Shown: in pieces, positions 24,101-36,100 of the stretch
Layout: each line of letters opens with the position of its first letter
How positions within the stretch are numbered: the first letter of the stretch is position 1
Source of the DNA: Tubiluchus corallicola
Taxonomy: Eukaryota > Animalia > Priapulida
Reading direction: 5' to 3'
NCBI GenBank assembly: GCA_030141605.1
Contig: JAQGDQ010000209.1
Coordinates: 248,001 to 312,000 of the forward strand
Length of the DNA stretch: 64,000 bases
The notes under the pieces: generated by a model
Seen by the model: the letters and a program-made list of their open reading frames with translations, nothing else
Databases searched by the model: none
Told to the model about the DNA's origin: nothing
Program-made: the position numbers and the translations under genes

Positions 24101-27100
24101 CTAGAGCCCATAAAGGCATACAATGCAAATTTCGCAATAACTGTAGATAGGAGTTTGAGTTTGTACATGTAACATTCAGGCAGATTGTTATAGAGCAAGT
24201 TGCAGCAAAGAATTAATCCATTCCTGTGTTTTTTGCTCTTCTTTAATGCTGCAGTTGATCAGCCTGAGTATAAGGGACCGCATCGTATGTTCAGAAAGCT
24301 TGTCCACTTAGGTAATTCTAACGTATTCTCCCGACGCTTGCATATCTTACGGGTGATTAGGGTACTGAAAATCTGTTAGCTTTATGCTGCATGTGACCAT
24401 TAATTTCTCATTACACTGATTGTCTATGCATACCTGCACTTACTAGCAGTTTAGCATGTTCCGAATTTGACACTAAGTTATGTATTGTGTAATGCATAGT
24501 GAATGATGTAAGTAATTTTAAGTTACTAATAGGTTGATATCTTGTGCATAGTCAAGTCTGTGGGGTAGCTGTATTGTCTGCGAATTAACTTAGCATGGAT
24601 TTAAAATGTATCAGGTAACAATTTTTGCTGTAATAAAAATTTGGTTTTGGAAAGGTAGAGCTTTGCATGGTGGTAGATCTTGTCATGTAAAGTCTTGCTT
24701 ACCAGTCAATATGATAGCAGAGATTAGCATTATAGGGTAGAGAAAAGGCTTGCTTACCGTTTTAGGTTACTGTAATACAGATCCTATTTTGCCTTATTAT
24801 GTAGTTGCAGTTTTTATCACGGGCTGCTTTTTAAAATAGCTTTATTTTGAATTCGGTTTGATAGTGATGATAACACATTTTGCACAATGCAGTGCAGTGC
24901 AAAATACACGTGGCTTTAAAGTTCTCACTTTGACTAAAATTAACCTTTTGTTTGAGTTGTGTTCACAAGTAATAGTAACATTACCTTGCTTGCAGAAATT
25001 AATAATTTGCTAACTTGATTCAGAAATATCAGTGAATGCCCACGGCTTCAGTTTTTAAAGTGTAAGACAAAATATGAAATTTCTACCAAGACAAAAAATA
25101 AAATTTCTACCTAATGAAATTTAAAAAGCTGCTCTCCCTGTCTGGTAGGTGTACCACACCATTAGGGCATTTATGATAACTTTCTTTCTAATGTAACCGT
25201 GATCTTGATTTTTCAGCTTTGAAGCATTCACCATCAAAAAAGAAAGGGGCGACTACATACCGAAGGCAGCTGAGCGGAATTGAAGAGCCCAATACCAGTG
25301 CGGCTGTGACGGAGGAGAGCGAGCAAGCACGTAGTGATGCTGCTACAGTTGATGGTAGGTGAATCATTATCTTTAGAATGTGAAATTCTAGCAAATCTGA
25401 AATAAAGTAGTATATTGTTTGCCTTTTATGGAGTTTGCATGTTGCAGCAATGCACTGTGTAGTTTTGCACCAGCTTTCCCTGTCTGTATATAGTATGAAA
25501 TGCATAAAATGTGTACAAGTCAGCTTTTAGTGATGGTACATCGGTTTCATTTTCACAGTCAATCAGATATAAAGTCGATTCAGTAATCAATTATGATCGG
25601 TTTGCATATGCAGGGGTTTGTTTGCTTATAGACCTTTGTTTGTGCATACAATTCTACATACCGTATTTTCCCATGTATAAGAGACCCTTTTTTGCTCAGA
25701 ATTTTCACTTTAAAAATAGGTGGTCTCTTATACATGGGAGTAAGTCTTTTCAATAAGATGCATAAATTGTGACACTGCAGCTGGGTCCTCAAGGCATGGA
25801 ATGGTGTAAAGCCAGAGGTCATTATTAAATCTTTCGAGAAGTGTGGCATCTCCAATGCCATGGACAGCACAGAGGACAATGCCATTTTTGAGCAGAGTGA
25901 CTCCTCTGATGATGAACTGGCTGGAATTGCTGAAGGTCTGACTCCAGTTGATATTTTTGATGAGAGTGATGAGGAATTTAATGATTTCTATGATGAATAA
26001 AGTTATTCATTACCAAAAAACTTTTTTCCAGACTTTTTGCCTAAAAATTGAAGGGGCCTCTTATACACAAGGGTCTCTTATACATGGGTAAATACGGTAG
26101 TTTGCAGACAACCTTGGTGGTGTCCAATTTTTTTATTTCGGCTCATGTTGAAACCAAAACTGGTCCACACTTCACTTCGCTCGCAATTTTTTTACAGGTA
26201 ATCATGTGTGACTTTTGAAGTGTACATTGCTGTGGAGCCACCAGAATATAAAATGATGTTTTTTTATACAAGAAATTAGGCACTTATAAAACCATGTTGT
26301 GGCTTTATGAGAAAGTTTCATGTCTAAATAAGTACAAATGGCATAGGTAACGCAATGAATTTGCATCAGCAGCTGAAAAAATAATCAGCAATCGGAAATA
26401 AAATCCCAAATCGATTATAATCACTTGAATCAGTGAATCAGTTCCCACCACCATTAGCTTCAAATGCAAATTGGACTAAACTTGTCAGATTTGATGTGTG
26501 ATGAATTATTGATGTTTTCTGGAAGAGCTTGTACACCCAATATACACTTTTACGAAACTTAACTGAAGTTGAAACTCCAGCAGTAACTGTAGGCAGGAGA
26601 TTGAGTTTATACATAAAACATTCAAGCAAATTGTCATAGAGCAAGTTGCTGCAAAAACTACCTAAAATGCAAATTATCATTACACACCTGACAAGTTTAA
26701 CCTGTCTTTAAAATACTTTTTCTCAATACTTACGAATTGCTGTTTTCTGTCATGATGCACTTGTAGACCAAATCACAAGTTTAGTGCAATACTTGCAGGC
26801 TGTAATACAAGTGTCGTTTTGAATGACCAAAAAATTATATAAAGAAAATGCATTTAATTTGTAAATAGCTCAATAATCTGTAAAATTACTACTGCTGTAG
26901 TAGATGACCTCTGTAGTTAGCCCAGTAGTGAGCAGTTTGCTCTAGTTTTGCTACACCCTGTTCCCTAGTTGGCGGTTACAAGAACCTTATATGCAGACAT
27001 CTTTTTACCTGTTGATCTACTGATGCTTGTACATCAATCAACGTTTAAAGTGTATTCTACTAAAATACCTTTTGTCATCACGACAACAAGTATAGAAATC

Positions 27101-30100
27101 AGGCTAAAATAATAATTCTCGCACAACAAATTGCCATTTTGCACACTCATGCTTTAGCTAGACATGTCATGTGTTTAGTGTAACACTTGCAGACCGTATC
27201 ACAAGTATTGCAAATCAAGCTAAAATAATAATTGTCGCACAACGAATAGCCGTTTCGCACAGCTGTGCTTTAGCTGGATTAGTTGCTTGCTGGAAAACTT
27301 GCAGCTTAGCATTTCTAGTTGCAGGAACTTCTACTCCACCACCGTCATTTTCCGAAGCAATTGGTGAAACTAGTACACCTTCCAGAGTACTACCCTCGAG
27401 TAGGCCCATTGGTGCTGTATATAGTGGTCACTCGGATTGTGATTCTACGCCCTCAAGAAGTCGAGGTAAGTGCAGTTTGATTTTGTGACTTTGTCTTTAC
27501 TGCTTTAGCACAGCTATGTAAGCTTGCTATTCAAAGCCTGCCCATTAGCATGTACTCACACTGTCTATTGCACTTTGCCATATGCGATGATCGTGCTTTT
27601 TTATCGCTACAATCACAGGGCTTGCACTGAAAAGAGAATAATATAGAGTTGACGAAGTACTGACTTGTATAGTTGTCATAGTATTATGCGCGACACTGTC
27701 TGTAATTAAATACAGGAAATTCATTGAGTTGTGCAATACATTTATGTAATTGTGCCACATTTTTACGTGTCTTGTCAAATGCAGTCAAACGTTGCTATAA
27801 CACACACCCCTTTATTATACCAACTTTGCTTAATGCTCAGATTTTTAGCAGAACAAAATGTCTATATTTGCACAGACATGTATGTATTAATGCCAAACTC
27901 TCCATAATGTCATTTTTTGCAGTCTCAAAGTAGGCTTTATAAAGAAGTTTGACTGTAGTATACCCATATGCAGCTCCATACTCATTTGTTGTTACTTTTG
28001 TCTTTTTAATGTATGATAATAGTCTCGTGCATAAATCAAATCAGAAGTGTAACTTGACCAGCAAACATTCGGAAAAGTGACACATACTGTAGTTGGCAAC
28101 AGCAGCAAAAACACGAACCTCTGTTGGAGATTTCGAACTATTCCCTGCGCTGCCGTGAAGTCCCGTTGGAATAAACATCTTTAAATTGTAATAGCTAAGG
28201 CATTGGTCGTTCAGTTGCACTGAAGCATTTATGTTCTGGACTTGGTCATGAGTTTCTGGACTTGGTCATGAGTTTCTGAAATTGCTCTCGTGCTTTCTTA
28301 CTAGCTGCCAATTTACGGTTACCGTATCTTGACAAAACATGTCCGAACATTACACAGTATCATCTGGAGTAAAATATATAAATGCTGTTCATTTAAATTG
28401 ATGAAGTTAGAGTTTTTCGCCTGCTACTCATATTTCATCGTGGATGAGAGCAACGTCATAGTCTGTGTGAATGAACTGTCTAGAGTTTATTTGTTTGACT
28501 CAGATGCATTGATCTGAGCGCCTTTAACATAGCTGTGTACTTGCTTGACGATGTATATATACTAACTGGTAACACCGAACTTTGTTATTCTTATACTGGC
28601 AAAAAATATGGTTGTCTTGCATTTTTGCATATACACATAGTTCTTAGTACGGCACTATACAGCATTACATACTTCCTTTAACTATCCTTATAATACTGAT
28701 TAGTAATTGAAAGTGTATGCAATGTGATTATTATGTCATTAACCCTGTTTGTTTTGTAAATACATAACACTCACTGGTTTTCCACACATATATACAAACC
28801 ATCAATTAATTTTGTACTTACTGGTGGTGTGTCTGATTGTTCTATATTTCCTTCTCACACTAGTATTATTTGGTATTAATTTGTAGTTTAGCAATGTAGT
28901 TGTTAGTATTCTAATTGCTTGCTGTGCAGTGAATAACTAATTCTTGTTTACTGTCCTCTTTCTTCTTGCTAACACTTCGTAGACTCTGGAAGCGCAAAAC
29001 ACGTCACATTCGACACACTAACACCACCACATTCCATAGCCGGCAGCACGCCCACGTTTACCGAAGGCACTCCAAGCTTCACCGAATCTAGCAGTAGTGA
29101 GCTAGATTTAGGTAAAGGTACTAACACTTTGCATATCTGTTTCTTTTTGTTTTGCTTTCTTATACATGATGCGTTTGTAGGTACAGTTTTTAGATGATTT
29201 TGACACATCGTTTGCAAATGAAATGATTTACAACAATTCAATCACTAGTGTTGTGCCTTTGCTCTCTGAAATCCCACTTCGTTTTTGTGTAACCTCATAG
29301 CTCTTACTAAATGACGAGCAAAATAGAGAGGCCGGATCCAGATTTAACCTTTTTTATTTATTACAGTACATTCGCTCATAGTGACCATTGAGTTAATTGA
29401 GTTACAAATATATGTGTAGTTTATTGCACCAACCAAAAAAATAACAAATAAGAAGCATACTGTTAGTACAGAACGTATAACAGTTTCTCTAGTTAAGAAA
29501 CATTAATATATGTGCATTCCACAGTTTAAAAGACAGATAAGTTAGTGTTAAACTATTAGTTTTTTAACAATCTATTGACAATATTTTTGTATTAGAGGCA
29601 TGAGTGTGGAATTTAAAAATTAATACTGCCACATAATTCAGTTGCAATATATACAAAGTTGATTATAATTTTAAGGACATCTAAGTCATTATGACCCATT
29701 AAAAATTTTAATTTCTCTTGTTCAAGCATAACAGCAAAAGTAGGAAGTTGGTATAAACAATTTCCGTTTTTTATATAAGCTCATTCTCTACTTCCAAATA
29801 TAAACTATAAAATTTTGTTGCCTAGTGACGCCTTTCTTATTTACAGATATACATTTATATTCCTACACCTTATGAAAAAATGAAACAAAAAACATTTTCT
29901 ATCATTTTTTTATCAGTCTTTGTTTAATTTCATGCTAGGAGATTGGAAAGCTTGGTTCTTAGAATTTTTGTGAGTGTAAATAGTGCTGCATTTGTTTTAG
30001 CAGGTTTTGTTTTCAGCAAAATTGTTTCAAACAAGGTTTCTTTAACGTGATTTCTATCATTCTATTTGCTCGTCTGTCTATCAGGATACTAGCTGCCCTA

Positions 30101-33100
30101 ATTGCTTGCTACCTCTATAACAAGTGCCTATTGTGCACCTTGACTTATATATTTCATAAGCTTACAATTTTTACTGTTCTTTTTGGTTCATTAGTTGAAC
30201 AAAGTAAGTATTAATTTTCAAAACTTTCAATTTTCAATTAAATACAAATTTTTCAATTAACAAGTTTTTCAAGGCAACTAAATTGTAGTCTATGGCAGTT
30301 TTATGTAATCTGTGCCGTGGGCTCATTATATACGTCGTGGCATTTTCACGTTGCAGTACTTATCAATTTAAATTCAATATACGTGTGTTAGCAATATAAT
30401 ATGAATTACAAGTGGACTGATTTAATTTTTTATAATAAATTAATAATTGATTATATCAATTAATTTTTTTAAAAGTAAATTCTTTTATTCAGTGGTACTT
30501 TCTTGTTCTCATATAAATGCAATATCAGCATTGACACAGTTTTAGAATGGTAAACTGATTAAATGGAATAAATGCTTGTTTGAAAGTGTTTATATGATGT
30601 GAACTTATAGAACAATGAACACGTACGAGTTTTTTTATTGCTGCTCCTGCGCACATTGTTGCACACAGTAAATAGTGTCATATGTGGTTACAGAAGCTGC
30701 AATAGCTTTGGAACAAATCACACCTGTGATTACTCAGGATGCACCACAGGTACAAAAATCTTCGTCATATTCAACATCACCGGCGTTGTCTGCAAGAGAG
30801 CTACATCATGGCATAGCACAAGTACGAGTTTCCTCTACGGAGAGTGGGACAAAAAGCACAGCTAGAATAACTGTAATAACTGACAAATCTCCCGAGGGCA
30901 GGCTGGTAAGTGAGCCAGAAAGAGTTAGCATTGTGTAGAATTTTAACAAAACTTGATATGTGCGTGCAATGTTTTGTCAGTCCTCAGCGTGTAAAAACCG
31001 AGTGCTTATAATTGCATGTCAGTGGCGCATTGTGTACTTTGCCAGAAAAGAAGACAGAATGATACATGTTTTTCTTTCATTACAGTCTATTACATGTTAT
31101 ATCATATGAATAAAGCAATAACATGATCTGCTCATTAGACTGGCATTAAAGAAGTGCTTGGAAACCAGCATATGCCAGCATTGTGTTAATATCTAGAAAA
31201 TTTTGCATATACCTTTCGACAAGGTCTTTTTACAAAGTATGCATACTGAATAGTTATGGATAGTAAAAAATTTGGAAAGCAGCACATTTGAAAAAGAGAA
31301 AACTGCTACAACATGTATTACATTCTCTGAGTCTTTGCTGGCTAGAAAAGTGACAGCACGTTTGTAAGAACGCAATTTTTTTATTTATGTTTATCGTATT
31401 GTTGTGTGTTATTTTGTTTATTCCCATTATCCGCATATAATCCTAAGATTTTGTTCGTGTAATCATCATCATATTATTATCAGAGAAATTTTAGCCTGTA
31501 TAGAAGGAGATACTGTATTCATTTACACAGCTTATTTTAGTATTAGTAAGCCATCCATGCCATTTATAGCTAGTGTAATTTGTAATTACAAGAGTGTAAT
31601 TACAAATTTTCAATTTTAAAGCAAGGCAAACTTTTACTTGGTACAGTTGTACAGATTCGAAAAAATTTAGCAATTAGGACAAGCATTAAACTAAACAACA
31701 AACATATGTACAAAAAAAGTAACAACAACAACGTCAAAACACATTTGAAGTCTAAACCACCTTTTCTAGTCTGTTACTGTTTCTCAGTTTGCATCAAAAT
31801 TGTACGATTAGGAATATAGGTTCACCTACACCAAGCATCGCTAATTACGTGCACAAACTTATCGTTATTATACATTGTTATTTATTTGAATGAGACATTA
31901 ATTGAAATGTCATGTAAACCTTTTTAGCAAAATTCAATGTTTTTCGTGCTTCTGTTAAGAAGTTTCATGTGGTGTTGAATGCTTAATGTTTGTTGACAAA
32001 AAACCAAAGCTCATCAAACAGCCTTTTAAAACTTGAAAGGTGCAATTAATCTGATACAAGAAATAACCAGAAGCTGCAGGTACTCGAGGGTGTACTCTTT
32101 GTTCCCGGAAAAAATAACTTATTTTATTGCTCTGCTGTAAAGACTTTAGTATATATGCTCCTAAATCTGCTTATATGGTAAAAATGATTGAACTGATATA
32201 TATAACATTTTTAAAAACCAAGGTAGAAGAGTTTAAGGAAGAAAATGATGGCTTAATAAGAAAGTTGCTTTTGAAATTTTCAAATGATAGACTAACATGC
32301 TATCGTGGATACATATTTTTTGACGAAATTTATCAGACTATCCAGCTTACGCTGCTTAACAATGTCCGAGTTTACTGTAATACAATGTTTTAAGATTTTA
32401 GCTAGCATTAAACTTAGTAATTTCTGAGCACATGGCTATACTGTAGCCACTGCTGGATCGGTGGCAGTAAAAGGTTATTATTCAACTAGTAACACGTTAA
32501 CTTGTTAGCACCTGCACTAATATGTGAATTTTGTTAATTGTGGAAAAATATTGTTTTGGCAAATTATGTAAGTTCTAACTCTGGTTTCCAGTTTTTGTAT
32601 ATGTTATGGTTTACTACTTAATTGAGCTGTCGCTAGACAGCAGCCGCACGATGTTAGATCCCTCCATCGGGCAGGAAAATCCGTACAGGTTGAACTTGAA
32701 CAATATTCCGAATTGGTGCAATTTTTTGGAAGGTGGTAACTGATTTTACAAAAAAACATAAATTTAGAAAGCCGGAAATCGCAACCATTGTGGCCTGGTT
32801 TTCCTTTTGTTTTGCATTTCTTCATGAACGTTCTCGTTTTTTGAGTAATTCAACTATGATAGCAGGTACTTATTAGAATCTGTTGCTCTTTGTGAGTATG
32901 CAATGAAAAATTAAACCTAAACAAATGCAAAATAAGCTTTAAAGTGTAGAATGAATACCATTTGCCAATTATAATATTTGTTTTCGTTGCAAAATAAGTA
33001 GTTAAAAGCAAAAATTTCTACTATCTTAAACAATATTTTGCTCAATGTAGCAATGTTAGCTTTTTATGCTATATTCAAAGCAATTAAAACTGAACAAGTT

Positions 33101-36100
33101 AAGGTTTAACAAAAAGCTATTCTATGCATGCTTTTCAAACTTAAGAAATTTAAGAAACACTGTAAAATATTTGAGTTTCTACAGAAATCTTAATTACGTA
33201 TGCCATTATTATCGCTCAAATAACAGACTTGGTGCATCAACCATGTGAATAATCATATCAAAAACTAATTATTAAATGTAAATGAGTTCTAGTATAAAAA
33301 GACTATTCCTATCAATTATTATCTACCACAAATTAGTCTTTTTGTGTTTCACACTTTTTATTTTTATGAATTCTATAAAAATATCTTAGTGTTAAATTTG
33401 TCTTCCCACTGCATTCAATATCAGTTCCACTAATAGTAAAAAACACGAATGCCTTTGAATTCCTGTAATTAGTTATTTTAAATTGGAGACAAAAAACGTT
33501 ATACATCTTAAATTTTGTTATTGTTAACAATCATCTGGTGCTGCATAGCAGTAATGGTAGGCGTTAGTGGGTTAATTGTTATTATATTTGTAAGGCCCGT
33601 GTCACACAGAGCTGGTCATAATCCATAAAGTGTTAGCCGTAAGGAGAAAAAGCCGCCTCATGAAAAATGAACATGCTAACCAATGATCCCTGTCACACAG
33701 ATAATCCATTTACCATCTTTCACCTACTGTGATTTGCCTACCGTAACCATCAGCCGTAGTCTTCCGCAGTTCATAACGCGCCTTATTTGGCCATTAATTT
33801 CATTTGCCACAAGGCGTTTTTGGTCATCACTAACGGGTAATTAGCGTGTTTTGTAGCGTACACTTCATTTATATCATACGAATTCATAACAATGATGTAC
33901 TATAAACATCAAAAATCATTTTTAACCTTCAAGACTTATTTAAGACAGTCATATTACTGCAATGCATATAAGAAATGTATACTACGTGCATACCAGTCGC
34001 AATGTATGTGACTGACAACCTGCTATTCCAATAAAATGATTTGGTTGACATTCCTGTAGTTAAAAAATTTTTTCGTTACCACTATCGATTGTTTAAAATA
34101 ATGCCATAAATACTCCTTCACTTCACCTATTGCCATAAATAGGTCTAACACACACGTTCGTTTACACTTTTGTTTTTAACACGCTGTAATACAAACCTTA
34201 ACGCATCCGGATCCAGTTTTTGACGCATTTTCGACATTTGAATGATCCAGAAACTGATTCGTGCTTGTCCCAGTTACACAGAGCAAGGTGCATACTGTGG
34301 ATTATGACATGCAGCGAAGATGGAAGATGTGTTATGGCTTATGGATTATGGCTTGCTCCTGTGCGACCCAGACCTAAGTTTGTGCTATTTGTTGCTCAGT
34401 TAACATTTGTCATTCTCGTAGAATATATTAAAGTTACCGTTTGTTGAACAGTAATTATCTTTGTGCCTTTGTTGAACAGTAGTTATTATCTTTGTGCCAG
34501 TTAGTGTCATGATTATAAATGATCTGTCTTGTGCTATACTAACAAGTACAGAGCTATGTTTAGTTGTGTTATCATCACACTGTTATAGTATTTTGGATTA
34601 TTGTGTTATGACAATTAATATGATATAAATGTCGCAAAAATTGATATGATTTTGTTTGTGGCAAGTGATGATAATAATACTGTAAAGCAGGTACAATTTC
34701 ACATTATACATAATACAAAACATGATTATTTTGTATAAAAACTGTTTGTTTAGCTTGAATTAGCAAAATTAGCAATAACGATTGCTTTGAAAGTGTAAAT
34801 ATGACAGTGCATTCAAAATTAATGAGTAATTGCAAAGAACATAAAAAATTACGTTACAAATTATTTTGCATGTGGAATTTTAACAAATGAAATACAGCAA
34901 TAAAAAAATTCTCAATTGCAGTAAATCTGCCATCATCCTTTGTTCATCAAAGTCTTTATCACGTTTGCTTGAGAAAGGTGAACTTCTTATTAAGCAATTT
35001 TGTGAGAACTGTAACATCAAACATAATGAACCCCAGAATCTAATGCTTCCACCATATGCCAATTTTTTGATCTCTGAGCCTGCATCTAAAGCAGTGGTTC
35101 CCAACCTTTTTCTTGCCAAGTACCCCTTCTAAATGTGGCGATCTTCAGCATACCCCCACCTGATATTTTTCAACAAATCGTTTGAAAAACCAGTTTCCAG
35201 AAAGCAACGATTAATATTATCGACATTTTTTTATTTTAATTTTTTTTGAAAACATGAATTTTATCACTGATTATTAAGAAACATGTAATTTGAACAACTT
35301 TCTCGAATATGAAAACATCACTACAGGGAAACGCGATCTTCACAGCAGTCATAATTAATGCGCACGCTGTTCTTGATGATTATCAACAAGTTTTTTGATA
35401 TCAGGTTTAATTGTTGATATTGCGACTCGCATGTCGCTCCTCAAATCCAAACGGTTTCTTGCCTTCGTCTTCAAATGTAGCATTGCACTGAAGCCTAGCT
35501 CACATTTGTATGTTGTCACAAATGGAACCAACACCTTGAAAGCCAAATACAGCACAAACAAAGCGACAAAATATAAGCTTTTCGTGGGCGGGTAAAAGTA
35601 TTTTCTAGCACACTGCGCAGGAATGATATTGTTTGTGAAATATTGCCTAACCTGTAGAAAGAATATCGCGATGCTGCAACTTGGTGTATTTTACCCTTTT
35701 CACCGGCTACAGAAAGAAAAAAATGTGTCGATCTGACACACCTTCTGCGTACCCCTGGCATTGCTGTTGCGTACCCCCAGGGGGTACCCGCACCCCTGGT
35801 TGGGAACCACTGATCTAAAGCAATCTTCTGGACAAGACAGAGTTCTACCGCTTGTCTTACAAATGTGTAAGACGACATCTGTGCAGCCAGCTTATAAAGG
35901 CAACGATAAAACAGTTTTCTTCCAAATGATTGTCCTGTTAGCCAGCTAGATGCTAATATTAATAAAACTAATAATATTCGAGCCAGCATCTAAATACTGC
36001 AAGTTTTTGAGGCTGAAAAGTATATATAGAAATCAAATTTCGAAAGCAAGATATCATTCAAAATTTGTTTTGTCAGGATTGGCAAGATGATACCTTAATA

